Shown here: piece after piece, positions 41,413-54,455 of the stretch
How the letters are laid out: each line of letters opens with the position of its first letter
Numbering within the stretch: position 1 is the first letter of the stretch
Assembly (NCBI GenBank): GCA_964016885.1
Contig: OZ024748.1
Coordinates: forward strand, 55,180,001-55,244,000
Origin: Eledone cirrhosa
Taxonomy: Eukaryota
Direction of reading: 5' to 3'
DNA: 64,000 nt
Program-made: the position numbers and the translations under genes
The notes under the pieces: model-generated
Databases searched by the model: none
Told to the model about the DNA's origin: nothing
What the model saw: the letters and a program-made list of their open reading frames with translations, nothing else

Positions 41413-43106
41413 CATCTGAAACAAAAGATTAGATTAAACTTCCTGAAATTAGAAATAATTCAGAATCTTCTCTCAATCAATAGGGCATGTGATCTGCTTT
41501 TCTTGCCAAAAGAAATTAGTATAAAGGATTGAAAATCATAGAAACTGTAGTTTAACGCTAATTATGATATTGTGAGGACAGGGGTAATATTATAGAATAA
41601 ATTGCGTACTGATTATATATGGTATAATCTTGTTATGCAAATAATACAACAGATTGTGTGGATAGTACTGCCATAACTCTTTCCTTCCGTCAATCTTCTA
41701 TTCTCTCTTTACTATATATCAGTGTCCTTCTCGCCCCCCTCCGCCGCCACTATATATGGATGTATATATATATATATATACACATACATACATATTTATA
41801 TATATACACATACATATTTATATATATATATATATACACATACATTTTTACATATTTATATATATATATAATTATATATACATACACACATACATGCAAA
41901 CGCACATACATATATATATATTTATATATACATGCATACACACATACACATACATGCATAAATACATGTATATATACATGTATATATACATATATATATA
42001 TATATATTCTATAATACATATTAATATTCAGAGATAAAGGAACATGTGTAACCACGATGCCACAAACACAGTTATATACACAGATTTATATATATATATA
42101 TTTATGCAGGTGTGGTCAATTAATTCAGTTTCTCTCTTTAAATATCTCCTCCTTTATACCCCCCCCCCTTCATAAACACCATACCTGTTCGTAGATCACA
42201 ATTTTCTTCTCAAATCTCTCTCTCTCTCTCTCTCTCTCTGCAAGAGGACAAATATACTAATTATTTTATTCTGTTATTCCTATCTCAGTATTTGTTCCTC
42301 TTATATGGTTTTAGACGCACGTACCCTCCCCATAAACACACACATACCCAGACACATGTCGATGCACAAACACAAACACACGCAGCACCACACAAATATG
42401 TATGCAATTAATTCATTCCCTCTCACTCACTTTCTCTGTCTGCTATTTTCTTCCAATATGAAATAATTTAGAATTTAATATCTTGACCAGAAACTCAAAC
42501 GAAATGCCGGAAACTGTGATGGACTTAAGAAAACGACAAACTACAGTATAAGAAATATCTTCTATATTTAATCAAAGCGATTCTCTATAAGCATAGACAC
42601 GCACACACAAACAAACATAAATTTATATGTGATACTGTATTCAAATTTTTTATATTGAGAACAAAACTCTGTTCATATTTGATCATTTTTATTATGGTAT
42701 TTTCATATATCCTCAGAGTTTTAAGCTTAGTTTATTACAGCGGCGTTCCTAAATCCATGTCTGTAATAAAATTTCGAAGTATTCATGGTTCCATCTTCAA
42801 AATCAAAATGTTTGTTAGTGACGTATTGGTCAAGTAAATGTCGGAGATCGTCCGCGCTTGATTTTGAATGTTTCAACATTTGAAGTATAGCATTTATTAT
42901 AGTTGGTTTCGCATATGTATTCTTATGTTAAATTTTGGTTAATATTCAGATAGTAGAATCACCATAGTTCACCTTTTTGTGTCGAATGTTATTTAGAATG
43001 GTGTAATGTTATCGACTAGCGAGATCTTACCGAATAGTTTCACATTTACGATGGATTTTTGTGCATGATTATCAGGCGAGAAAGTGTAGTGCTTTCTCGT
43101 CTGATC

Positions 43107-43310
43107 TATGAAGGTCGGTTGAAGAGGTAATAGGCCGACCAAGATATTCTCATAGAATGACCAAATGTGGTTTATCTTTCAACATAGTCTCTGGAAGGCC
43201 TGGAAAGAAACAATGCAATTATTAAAAAAGAAATTAATGCATGCAAGATTTCACAATCCAAGAATCACTCCTTCATAGTCAACCTAAGAACATTTCAGCC
43301 TCCCCTCGTA
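43107..43310 (+). mobile_element. Mariner/Tc1-type MITE
   Basis: Ends tatgaaggtcggttgaa and ttcagcctcccctcgta (imperfect TIR, TA termini). A second copy lies at 1274-1457. Confidence 0.6.
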
Positions 43311-43359
43311 TGTAACAATTCTGGTCATGACGTTCACAACATTCATTATTACATTGTAA

Positions 43360-43700
43360 TGGTCTGAGTTCAAATCCCGCCGAGGGTAACTTTGCCTTTC
43401 ATCCTTACGGGGTCGATAAAAAAGAAAATATAACTCACGCACTGGGATCAATTTATTCGACATTCCCCTCCCCCAAAATTGCTGGCCTTGTCCCTAAATA
43501 AGAAATTATTTGGTGGTTTGGGAGAAACGGTAGAGCATCAGACACCATGCTTTGCAGTTTAGAGTTATGACCCTATACGTTCTGAGTTCAAATCCCGCCA
43601 AGGTTAACTTTGCCTTTCATCCTTACGAGGTCGATAAAATAAAGTACCAGTAATACACTGCGATAATTGCTGGCCTTGTGCCAAAAGTAGAAACAATTAA
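43360..43700 (+). mobile_element. Two tandem SINE family A copies
   Basis: Two B-boxes (about 43366 and 43584), each with central domain and tail. Confidence 0.85.
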
Positions 43701-44176
43701 TACATTGGAAGTTATATATATCATGTTATTTCAATTATATTTTGAACTTACCCGACTGGTTCTGTATTAATGAAGATTTAGGATAATGTTGTGATAGATT
43801 CTATAGGGTGTCGTTAGGATTAATTCACGTTGTGTTTGGTGTTATACACTCAGGGTGTATTTAGATCTTGTAGTATACGAAATATGTGGTTTGTCTATCT
43901 TGTTCCTGATTCTGTTGTATATATATACATATATCGGGCACGCACGCACACAGGAACACACGAACACACAAATACACACGTGCACACACGCGCACACGCA
44001 CACACGCACACGCACACACAAACACAGACACATACACATATGTTTTCATTTTATTAAGACTAAATTGTTACTCTGGAGTTTCTCGTTTATCACAGGGTCA
44101 TTAGACAAAATATTTTAAGAATATTTAAAGTTTACTTTGCTATTGAATAGTATTTTCTATTACTCACCAATCATCT

Positions 44177-44239
<63 letters not shown>

Positions 44240-45622
44240 ATGTGTGTATGTGTGTGTGTGTGTGGCATCGAAATACCAATATTAAATCCATAACATGTGT
44301 TTTGTTATATATATTTTGAAAATACATGTTAAAAACTAAAAACCTATATGTCGTTAGACAGGTATAAGATAAATTTAAAATGTTAACGGGGATAAGAACG
44401 ATGACCTGTAGAGAAGCTATTAACGCATTATACATTCTAAAAATTTGTTAAAAACTTTATGAAACTGTTTTTCAACAAATAGCATCACCTGCAATAGAAT
44501 AGAGTAGATATCGTTATGGAAACAAACAAACGTAAATACAAAAGGTTTGGAATTCAAAAAATGTTTTTATACATATTGCAACGATATCTATAATCCTATT
44601 TCAAATTTAACCCTGCAGTCCTGAATATATCACAAATATTGAAGTGCAATTTTATTATAGATAATAGCAGAAAAACCACCACTCGGGTGGTTTTTCTGCT
44701 AGCATTTGCAGTGTGCATATTTATATTATATGCAAATATATATGCATGTAGATATGATATGTCAAATAAAATCGCAATTGACAATATGTCCAGTAATTGA
44801 AGAGAGACTGTGTTACACTGTCTTCTGTAATCAGTAAAGTAATCGTTGATATATTTTAAAAAGACGATATTATATATAAACTGCATTACGGTGAAATGTA
44901 ATGAAACCTTATATAACGATGCAAATATATGGATGTTTATATAAGCAATGTAATAGGTGTTATGATATAACGAACGCTAACCGGAAGTGTAGACATTTGA
45001 AAATTTTAAAAGAAGTGAATCTTATAATAAGCAATCATTATATATAAGAATATTTATGTTTAATCAACAACTATGAAATTTATAGATACATTATGTAATA
45101 TTCATTCATTATTTATTCAAAGTAATCTAACTTATTTTACTAACGGGATAAAGAAATATATTCGAGACGCAGTCCCGCACTCCTCCCTTTATTATAGTTA
45201 TGATTTTGATACCAAATGCTTTGGTTAAAAGAATCTACATTCGTTATGCCATACCATTACCTAATTTTCATATATAAGTATGTTTATATATGTGCATATA
45301 GAACGACTATTGTTTAGGATATGTGAACATTTCTTACATAACGATGTAAGACAAATAGGCAGGTAAAATACCCCAATATACGGAAGGCGTAGCCAACAGC
45401 CACTACTAATAATCGAACTTCGTACCTCTTAATGTACCCAGTCTTTTAAGCTATCTATGGACATCGACCGTGGTTACAGTTATGTTCTATGTTTGTGATA
45501 TATATATATATAAATGTGTGTGTGTGTGTGTGTGTGTAAAAGGTAAACAGAAATAACAACACAATCGTTACAGTATATGGAAGGGATATATTAGGTTAAC
45601 GCTTGATATAGCAGGAAGAGGG

Positions 45623-45658
45623 TCTTAACGTTTCGGACGCTAGACCTTCATCAGAAGA
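45623..45658 (-). ncRNA. Minimal type I hammerhead ribozyme (family H10)
   Basis: tctt CTGATGA a-ggtc-tagc-gtcc GAAA cg TT aaga, with palindromic stem III (ACGT). This is the CTGATGAAGG...CCGAAACGTT form typical of Penelope-like elements. Confidence 0.75.
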
Positions 45659-46127
45659 AAGAATGAGAAATAAGATAGATTGAGGGGACGGGCGGAATTG
45701 GAAAAAGAAGTCTTTAGATAAAAATAATAGGTCCTTTTTTCATATATATGTATATATATGAATATCGTATAAACCTTTAAACATCACGCATCTAGTTTTA
45801 TGCATAGTATATAAGCAATCTTCATGCGATAACCAAAACGCAGATCACATATGCGATAAACAATATATGCAGATCATGTGCGAAAAGTATTCCGTTTGTA
45901 TATGTTAGTTTACAAACATTTAGAGACGTAACTCACAAAATATGGATATTAGATTAAATGAAATATTTCCCATGTAGAATTAGTGAGATAATAGGTCAGA
46001 GTGACAAATACAGGAATAAATATACATGAATCGACAGTCCATCGACTTTCGTCAAAGGGACCGAAGAAACAATGTTTCTATTGGTCTTTCCAATTGCTAA
46101 TACTATCTATAGGTCGCAACACCAGGT

Positions 46128-46247
46128 AGAAGGAGCAACGTGAAATAAAGTGTCTTGCTCAAGGACATAACGCATCGCCCGGTACGGGAATCGAACTCAC
46201 AACCTCACGAATCCAATTCTCTAACCACTCAGCCACGCGCCTTCACT
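46128..46247 (-). mobile_element. tRNA-derived SINE family B, 5' part
   Basis: The - strand reads gaaggcgcgtggctgagtggttagag...gagttcgattcccg...ccttgagcaagacactttatttcacgttgctcc and matches 62715-62860. Confidence 0.8.
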
Positions 46248-46956
46248 ACACATGAATAAAGAAATTAAATGAGTTACATATAAGAAAAAAATAAGTAAAG
46301 ATGAAAAAGACAGATAGAACATAAATGTATCGGATTATATATAGTAGTTATTGGGAATTGCAAAGAGTGTAAGAGAAAAAACAAATATAAGGGTTTGGAA
46401 ATTTTAAAGGGCCTAATATCAAAATAATTGAACCTACATATTATATACACACATGGCATTTTATACAATATACACAGATATTTGTTGACTGTACGTGAAT
46501 GTCCATATGTTTGATGGATTTAGAACAAAATTTTAATTTCAATAATGTCAGTCTTAAAAAAACTATTAACACAAATATAAATATCTTACATTTTTAAAAG
46601 CATATACATATATACATATATACACATATATACATATATATATACACATATATACATATACATATATACAAACATTATACCATGGCGAATGGAAAACCTA
46701 ATTATTTTCATATAGACTCTATCCGTCTCCACATATCTTTGAAATGTACAATTAATGTAATGGTTAGAATATCACCTGTCATCGATAGAAATTCTATAGA
46801 TAACATCGGCTTTTGTAACAATAAAGCACAACAATTCAATGAATTGAAGGATAAAATAACGTAATCCCCTAATCCTTAAACCCCACAGGAAGAAGAGATG
46901 CCATTATTTCATGGCTTTCATTTCTGGCTTTCATCCCATTTCCCCCTAAACCATAA

Positions 46957-47176
46957 CCCTTTAGCATTTACATTACTCTAAATATACTATTGTATTTTCG
47001 CGATAAAGGCTTTACAGCACCTGATATCTCACATAGTATTAAATCTACGAGATTTTGATATTATTTATTTTGAGAACAATACCTTAACATCAGTATGAGT
47101 GGCAAGTTATGGCTGGTTTGAACAGAAAGAAGTGAGAGAATTCTGGCCGGCTATGGCCGGTTTAAATGCTAAAGTG
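46957..47176. mobile_element. piggyBac-type MITE
   Basis: TIR ccctttagcattta / taaatgctaaagtg, flanked by (a)taa and ttaa. Confidence 0.6.
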
Positions 47177-47753
47177 TTAAGCCTCATATTACTATAAACT
47201 GACCAGTTTTATAGTTAAGGCTCTTCCTTTGAACCAGCGATACATAATTCTGTTTAATAAATACAACTTTAAGCTTATGTACAGTTGTGGTATTTTCATG
47301 AATAAAAAATACTTAATTTATTAAGGCTAAAGTTATTAGCATAAACAAAGATATATAGCTTGGCTGGATGTGGTTCCGCCGCGGTTGAACACATTACTGC
47401 TCTTTCTCATTAAACTCTACCAAGTCCAATGCTATGCAGGGGTGTTCCAGCAGGGGGAATATCAGGAGGCGCTGCGTAATCTATGGTTCGATGCCACAGT
47501 CACACACAACGTCCCCATCCTTTAAAAATTCCCATTTTGCAAGATTGACCTTTGTGCGTCCAACACAAGATCTTAGTCTGTTTAGGCATTTCCATACTGC
47601 ATAATTTGTATCTGCTCCAGGGGTCAAGATAGGAGTGTTCACGTAGCGGCACTGGGAGTATCAATAAGATCGATAAGATCAACTATATGGACAATATATT
47701 GCTAATCCTATCACCACCAAAAGCAACACTTATATACTGTTAATAATTCGTGT

Positions 47754-47835
47754 AATGACGAACAATGTTTTTAATAATGACGAATAATGTCTTTAATAAT
47801 GACGAACAATGTCTTTAATAATGACGAACAATGTC
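47754..47835. repeat. 22-bp tandem repeat, about 4 copies
   Basis: taatgacgaacaatgtctttaa. Confidence 0.9.
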
Positions 47836-47964
47836 AATCCAAACCCGTAAACATCAAGTAGATGGTCAATTGAAAAACGATGGATAAATCATACTTCTTT
47901 CTTTAGAAAAACAATAAAAAAACAATAACAAGGAATGTCGCAGTATTATTCATTTGAATCTGGA

Positions 47965-48157
47965 ATAATTGTTTCTACTTTTGGCACAAGGCCAGCAATT
48001 ATCCCAGTGTATTACTGGTGCTTTATTTGATCGCCTCCGTAAGGACGATAGGCAAAGATAACCTCGGCGGAATTTGAACTCAGACCATAAGAGCCGTAAC
48101 ACTTTGCTATAAAGCATGGCGTCAGACCCTCTAACCGATAACGCCAATCCACTGCCT
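47965..48157 (-). mobile_element. SINE family A, full length
   Basis: Reverse complement of consensus. aatctggaataat occurs on both sides (47957 and 48164) and may be a target-site duplication. Confidence 0.85.
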
Positions 48158-48710
48158 TTTTAAAATCTGGAATAATGAAAAATAAACATGTTCTGTTACT
48201 ATCAAGTAAATTTGTTATATGAATAAAAATAAATCATAAACAAATCTATTTCAAATAACACAACATATATATAAAATCGGAACATGAAGGGAAATACAAG
48301 GGGTCTAGGATCACAGAAGTATGGGAGGGAGTGAAGGAGGGTGATATGATCTAGAAATAGGACCTAAATACGCAGGTTATCTGTAGTTTAGAGGAACATT
48401 TTACTGAGAAAGTTTAAGAAGTCTACTGCATAGTTAAATAAGAGACCACATTTCTTTCTATTTAACCTAGCACACAGGGCCGCTTAAAACATGGAATATC
48501 ATAACACTAACTTATCAAATGGATAAATATATAATTCTCACATAATCTTGGTACTTTCCTTCCTAATCTACATACCGCTATAGATTAACATGTCTCTAAT
48601 ATTCCATTTCAGTTTTAAGTAATTAACATTTCTGAATTCACTATAACCTTTACAAATATATATGTTTTCATATATTATCATATATGATATATTATCGTGT
48701 TGTGAGTAGG

Positions 48711-48907
48711 TTATGCCTGGAAGGAAGGTTGGCTGGTAAGAGAACCAGAGGCCGGCAGCCAAAAACGATGGCTTGACAATGTCAATTCATGGACTGGACT
48801 TGATCTTTGTTCTTTGAACTCTGCTGCTGGTGATCGAACATTGTGGAGAGAGATATCACATGTTGATGCGCAGTCTGCAACTTGCGCAGTTTAGCGTCAC
48901 AAGAAGA
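48711..48907 (+). pseudogene. RTE (BovB-like) LINE 3' end
   Basis: LCLEGRLAGKRTRGRQPK/RWLDNVNSWTGLDLCSLNSAAGDRTLWREISHV, with one frameshift. This matches the RTE C-terminal G.R.RGR...RW.D...DR..WR signature. Confidence 0.8.
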
Positions 48908-50243
48908 TATTATCTTATAGTAACAATAAATACAAAGTACAAACTCCATAGAGGACTCGATGGTGAAAGCAGGGAGTGTATTGCTTACTTCATTTTAGAA
49001 AATCAAATTAATTCATAACCTCAGCGAAACTTTAAGCATGTAACTTATATATAAATACATGCATAATTATATACACGCGTGCGTAGATAGTCAGCTCATA
49101 TATGTATGTATATATTCATATATGTATATATAAAGAAAAATGTGTATGTGTTGGTGTGTTCTATGATATATGTTCACACGGGTTACTTGCCTACTCACAG
49201 AGATGTAAACATACGTAGAAATCACTCTCATCTATAGCTATACATCTGTGACACACACACACACGCGCACACGCACACACACACTCACACACACACAAAT
49301 ATATATCTATATTATGACCTATTGGTTGCTCCCTTAATGTACAATTTTATAAATATAGGAAAAGTTATATGCTTGCTAAATATTTTTTTTAAAACACCTC
49401 ATCGAACACGACAAGAGTAATCTTTAGATATCTATATAGATAATAATAATAATAATAATAATAATATAATGATGATGATGATGATGGAAATATTAAAATA
49501 TATGTATAATAGATACATAAATAAATGAATGTATGAATAAGTATTTTTCAAAAAATATATTTGGTCTTCAGTCTTAATCCAATAACGGATTTCCTACTCA
49601 TTTTGATTAACGTCTTCAAAGAAGCAAATTCCTTTCAGTTGTTGAAAAAAGTATGATAATATTGATATCTAAATCAGAGATTCCATAAAACTGTGAATTC
49701 ACTATTACACTGTCAATGACAAAACTTTATTCATATTTCCTGCCTATATTATTTTCATTGAAACGTTTTCATTTACTATATTAAAAATATTTACGAAATA
49801 TTTCCTGTTTGGTTTAGTTAAAGTAACGAATTAAATAAAGATATTTCCAAAGACAAAAAAACACAGAAAAGCGAAAGAAAAGGAAAAAAGATGGCGTAAA
49901 TGAAGTTTTGTGTTTTGTTTCGTTTTATTTTTACATTACGGAGATTACTGGTGAATGCAAATAGTTGGTATAGAAAATATGAGATATGTATCATTGGAGA
50001 AGAAAGTTTTAAAAACTTTATATGACCTAAAAGAAAATCAGCTAATAACATATAAGATATATACATATATTCATATATTATATATATATATATTTATTAT
50101 ATATATACGTATAATATATATTATATATATGGTATATATATTACATATTGTATATATATATAATGTATATATGTATATATTATATACATACATTTATTCT
50201 CTCGCACGAAAATTAATACGCTCATAGAAACACACGCTCGCAC

Positions 50244-50283
<40 letters not shown>

Positions 50284-50369
50284 AGGAGGGGAGTTTTATT
50301 GTAGTACAATAAAGCAATGCAGATATCGGATAAGAAGCACTCTACAGTTTGTAGGACTGGAGTATACAT

Positions 50370-50760
50370 AATATATAAGAACAAAAGATGGTTAAAAGAG
50401 TTCCATGTATTTTATTATGCGCATTTCATATGTTGATTTAAAACTGCACTATCCACAAGTGTTTTTTAACCTTCATATCATGTCTTCCTGTTTTATCTGA
50501 TGAAAACACAAATATTATTGCATGATGATATTTGTTTTTGAAATGCGCATAATAAAATATATGGAACTCTTTTAACCATCTTTTGTTCTTATATATTATA
50601 TATATTTATATATAAAATCAAAAGATGGTTAAAAGAGTCCATGTATTTTATTATGCGCATCATGGGATGATATTTGCGTTCTCATAAGATAGAATAGGGA
50701 GACATGATATGAAGCTTAAAAAACATTTGCGAGCAGTGAAGTGTTAAATCAACATATGTT
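50370..50760. mobile_element. Family H5 hammerhead elements, inverted and rearranged
   Basis: Arms at 50370-50428, 50430-50600 and 50619-50760. An intact hammerhead at 50491-50557 (+) reads ttttat CTGATGA aaacacaaatat...atatttgttttt GAAA tgcgca TA ataaaa. Confidence 0.8.
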
Positions 50761-51309
50761 TCTATATGACTTTTTTAAAAAGCGGTGATCATGTCACAAC
50801 TATCTCAGTGCCAGTGGGAAAGTCAAACATTTCTTCCTTGATTCATATCAGTTGTCAGTGATATTTACGCATTCCTTACTTAAACAAAATAGGCTAAAGT
50901 TTATATGGATATTGCGTATGGTAAATAATTCTGTTTGAACAACATGGGCTTGTAATAGTTGTTTAATGATTATTATCGCAGCATAGACTGCGTAGATGTA
51001 AAAGAAACCTAGGAAATATAGAAATGAAATCTTATATAAATGTAAAATATAATTACGTTACATTTTATATTCTGTGTACATTAACCTACATCTCCTTAGG
51101 AATGTACTATTTCTGCAACTGTCTACGTCGAAGTTTCGCCGATACCTGTTTCTCGGAATATTGTTTTGAATAGCTAGGATCGGTAAAGCTTCAAAATAAA
51201 CTTGGAAACACAGCTTAACATAGGCATTCCCATAATTACAATCAATAAAGAGTCTTTTATTCAGAACATATCAAATGTATTATAAAAAAAAACGTTATAT
51301 ATATATATA

Positions 51310-51410
51310 TCCCGCCAAGGTTCACTTTGCCTTTCATCCTTACGGGGTCGATAAAATAAAGTACCAGTAATGTACTGGGTAATTGGTGGCCTTGTGCCTA
51401 AAGTAGAAAG
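51310..51410 (+). mobile_element. SINE family A, 3' half within TA tract
   Basis: Matches the family consensus. Confidence 0.8.
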
Positions 51411-51480
51411 TTATATATATATATATATATATTAAGAGAGTAAAACAAAGGATTCTTTAATACATCAAAAGTTTTTATTA

Positions 51481-51518
51481 GCCGACAATGTTTCGTCCTA
51501 TTAAGGACTCATCAGGGC
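51481..51518 (-). ncRNA. Canonical minimal type I hammerhead ribozyme (family H11) in an element at about 51432-51680
   Basis: gcc CTGATGA gtcct-taat-aggac GAAA cattg TC ggc, with all core bases and three stems intact and a GUC cleavage triplet. Inverted arms lie at 51434-51463 and 51546-51575, and the tail contains cattgagcta. Confidence 0.88.
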
Positions 51519-51674
51519 AATCAAAACAACAAGAAGTAATATCGGTATTAAAGGATTCTTTGTTTTACTCTCTTCATTTTTTGGCTCTGTTTAACTGCAT
51601 TGAGCTATACCTTTTACTGTCATTTCTATAATACGAAGAGGGTGTTTAACTCCAACACGCTCCAGTATTTTAAT

Positions 51675-51724
<50 letters not shown>

Positions 51725-51870
51725 ATCATCAGAGCTTCCTGGTGATTTCTCCCGAATGAAACAGTTCTAGTCCTATAGAAACCATTTCTATGTTAAATAT
51801 TTATACTATGCTATGTATTGAGTACCTTACTTACTGTGGTTACCTCCGATTGAACCCGGGAATAACTTAT
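51725..51870 (+). mobile_element. Family H1 element with hammerhead at 51734-51782
   Basis: gcttc CTGGTGA tttctcccgaat GAAA cag-ttctagtc-cta TA gaaac (core mutated). The tail contains attgagtac. Confidence 0.75.
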
Positions 51871-51879
51871 ATATACGTT

Positions 51880-52030
51880 ATTTAAACACCAACACTTCAG
51901 TATGCAGGGTAGAGCACTCAACGAAGTCGACAAGAGGGTCTGTTAACTCCGGAGTAAATTTATAAACAAGAGGTAAAAGTTAACATTTCATAAAGTAAAT
52001 TATGAAATGTTGATTTATACTTGTTGTTTA

Positions 52031-52035
<5 letters not shown>
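51880..52035 (-). mobile_element. Tail fragment related to 56737-56810
   Basis: The - strand reads ttactccgga...acttcgttgagtgctctaccctgcatactgaagtgttggt. Confidence 0.65.
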
Positions 52036-52080
<45 letters not shown>

Positions 52081-52232
52081 TATATAGGCAGGCACAGTAG
52101 GGTCCAGTTATTGTAGGTTCACTATGCTTTGTTTCCGGTAGGTATATTGGTGTTGTACTAAACAGAATGTAATACTACTAATAATAATAATAAAAAGTCT
52201 AAAGTGTTAGATCTTTATCATGTTTATCAAAG

Positions 52233-52317
52233 TGTGACGCGCGTTTCGCGATTGATCAGCTCAAGGGTCCATCTGTAACGATCTGGCCCGACTCTGGAAT
52301 CAAGAGCTCATCAGACT
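52233..52317 (-). ncRNA. Type I hammerhead ribozyme with long stem II (family H4)
   Basis: agt CTGATGA gctcttgat...(~60 nt in all)...atcaatcgc GAAA cgcgcg TC aca, with palindromic stem III (ACGCGCGT). Confidence 0.7.
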
Positions 52318-52582
52318 TCTGTGTATATGTGTGTGCGTGTATGTGTGTGTGTTTGTGTGTGTGTGTGCGCGTGTGTGCGCGTGTGTGTGTGTGTCAATGA
52401 AGTAATCAAGCTGAAACGTCGAAAACTGCTAATTTCTTTATTTAGAAACAAAAATTCTACATTGCAACCACCAGTAAAAAGTACTGATCATTCAGTTAAT
52501 GTTTAAAAGGTTGAGACACTACGGTACTCTAAACATATTCTTATCTCATATCTCTTTCTCTCTCTCTCTCTATCTATCTATC

Positions 52583-53180
52583 TGTCCGAGATGCGTGCGA
52601 GACCAAGAAACCGTCGCGCACGCGTTCATACACTGCCCGGGCGTTACCGACCTGTGGGGCTATGTAGAACGACTATTCTCGCGGGTGGGACCAATCCGGT
52701 TGACCACCGAGTCCATTGTCATGATCAAACCGCCACCCTCCTTCAAAAACGAAGGAGATGCGGTTTTCCTTTGTGTGATAGCTATGAGGAAAGAGGTTGT
52801 ATGGTGGACGAGGTTAAAAGGGCTGAGGGCAGACACCTTTCTCTCCGGCAAGCAACTGATTCTTTTTTTCAAATACCACTTTGGAAGAAGAATCAGGATG
52901 GAGAGAATGGCCCGAGTGAATGGGCTTTCTCTCTATATCAGCCTGTAGGTTGAGGAAAAAGAGGAAGAGAGGGTACAAAATCTTCGTACTCCTGGAGATG
53001 AGGGTTGCACATTTTTGCGGGGGTATGTGTTACCCATATGAAATGTCTCCCCCTATTGGGGAAAATCGATTAATTTTTAAATTACATTTGTGATAGCATT
53101 TTACACGTTTTTATTGTATGTAAAATTCCTCCTTTGTATTTGTCCCCTTCTTTTGTGCCCCTGTGGCTAATAAAGAAACA
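52583..53180 (+). mobile_element. Tx1-clade LINE 3' fragment, paralogous subfamily of the 26.4-29.5 kb element
   Basis: CPRCVRDQETVAHAFIHCPG...VWWTRLKGL...RMARVNG. The 3' UTR ends ctgtggctaataaagaaa, and (TATC)n lies on both sides. Confidence 0.9.
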
Positions 53181-53331
53181 TATCTATCTATCTATCTATC
53201 TATATATACATATATATATATATAGGGATAGATGAGAATACATAAACAAAATTATATTTATATATACATATACAGAGATAGATACTTAAGCACACATACA
53301 CTCTCAAATGCGCGCACACACACACTCTCAA

Positions 53332-53379
<48 letters not shown>

Positions 53380-53779
53380 GTATACACATATATATAGATA
53401 TATATACAGACATACATGAATATGCCTGTGTGCGCACGTGTGTTTCTGTGTTTCTGCTAATAAAGTAGACTAATTTATATACATAACTTTAGGTCAAGAT
53501 ATGTATATAATATGAAATAATTTCCTGTGATATTTCCATGATTGGACCATAGATTGTCTGGTTTAATTCTTTTTATATATTAATATTTTTTTCTTCATCA
53601 AAGAAAATGACGTTTAGAACAGTCAACCAGTATTATAAATGGTTTAGTGATCGATGATACTTATTATTGAGTGACACACTTTAATAAACGTTTATATTGA
53701 GCGACAGACGATGAAAAAAAAAATGAAAAAAAACACTAATGTATTAACGAGGTTGATTTAACTTGGGTCTTGTTATATT

Positions 53780-53940
53780 CAAAGGTGACGAATTGGCAGA
53801 ATCGTCAGAACGTTGGATAGATTGCTTTGCGGTATTCGTTCCGGCTTTCTGTTCTTTGAGTTCAAATCCCACCGAGGGCAACTTTGCTTTTCATCCTTTC
53901 CTGGTTGATAAGAAAGTACCAATCTAGTACTGGGATCGAT
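53780..53940 (+). mobile_element. Older SINE family A-related copy
   Basis: ttggcagaatcgtcag...gagttcaaatcccaccgagg...tttcatccttt. It is similar to 63670-63830. Confidence 0.7.
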
Positions 53941-54277
53941 TCTTCCTCTATAACACTTTACCAGTTCTTTTTCACTTTCTATCTTTCTCTGGAAGAAATT
54001 TTGTGTGTTCAGACCTGGGGATGAGATGGGCTCCGATAGGCTTAAAATACAAATGAAATATCGTATTCCACTACAACACAGTTCCATACAATAACTGTGG
54101 TATTCACCGCTGCAAAGATAGATATAGTATGGTGTTGGCGAATAAATTCAGTGATATACGATCAAGTTTTCATCATAGTTATTTTCATTTTTATCATTTA
54201 GATTACTGTTGACAAGCATGAATGTTACAACTTCAATTTACTCCTTTGATCTTACCACTGTTACTCGCTTATATATA

Positions 54278-54356
54278 CAGGGTGTCTCCAAAAAATAGAT
54301 ACACACTTCAACAACAATCTAATCAAAGTGTGTATACATTTTATGGGGACACTCTG
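54278..54356. mobile_element. Tc1/mariner MITE (79 bp)
   Basis: TIR cagggtgtctccaaaaaatagatacacactt / aagtgtgtatacattttatggggacactctg, with TA on both sides. Confidence 0.85.
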
Positions 54357-54387
<31 letters not shown>

Positions 54388-54392
54388 GTATG

Positions 54393-54455
<63 letters not shown>

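Noticed and set aside
47500-47682. Possible RTE C-terminal remnant on the - strand (also 62900-62960)
   Set aside because: Only faint resemblance (KIL.W...G; RRPAK), too decayed to support.
47754-47835. CRISPR-like short repeats
   Set aside because: These are contiguous tandem units with no spacers, in eukaryotic DNA with no cas genes.
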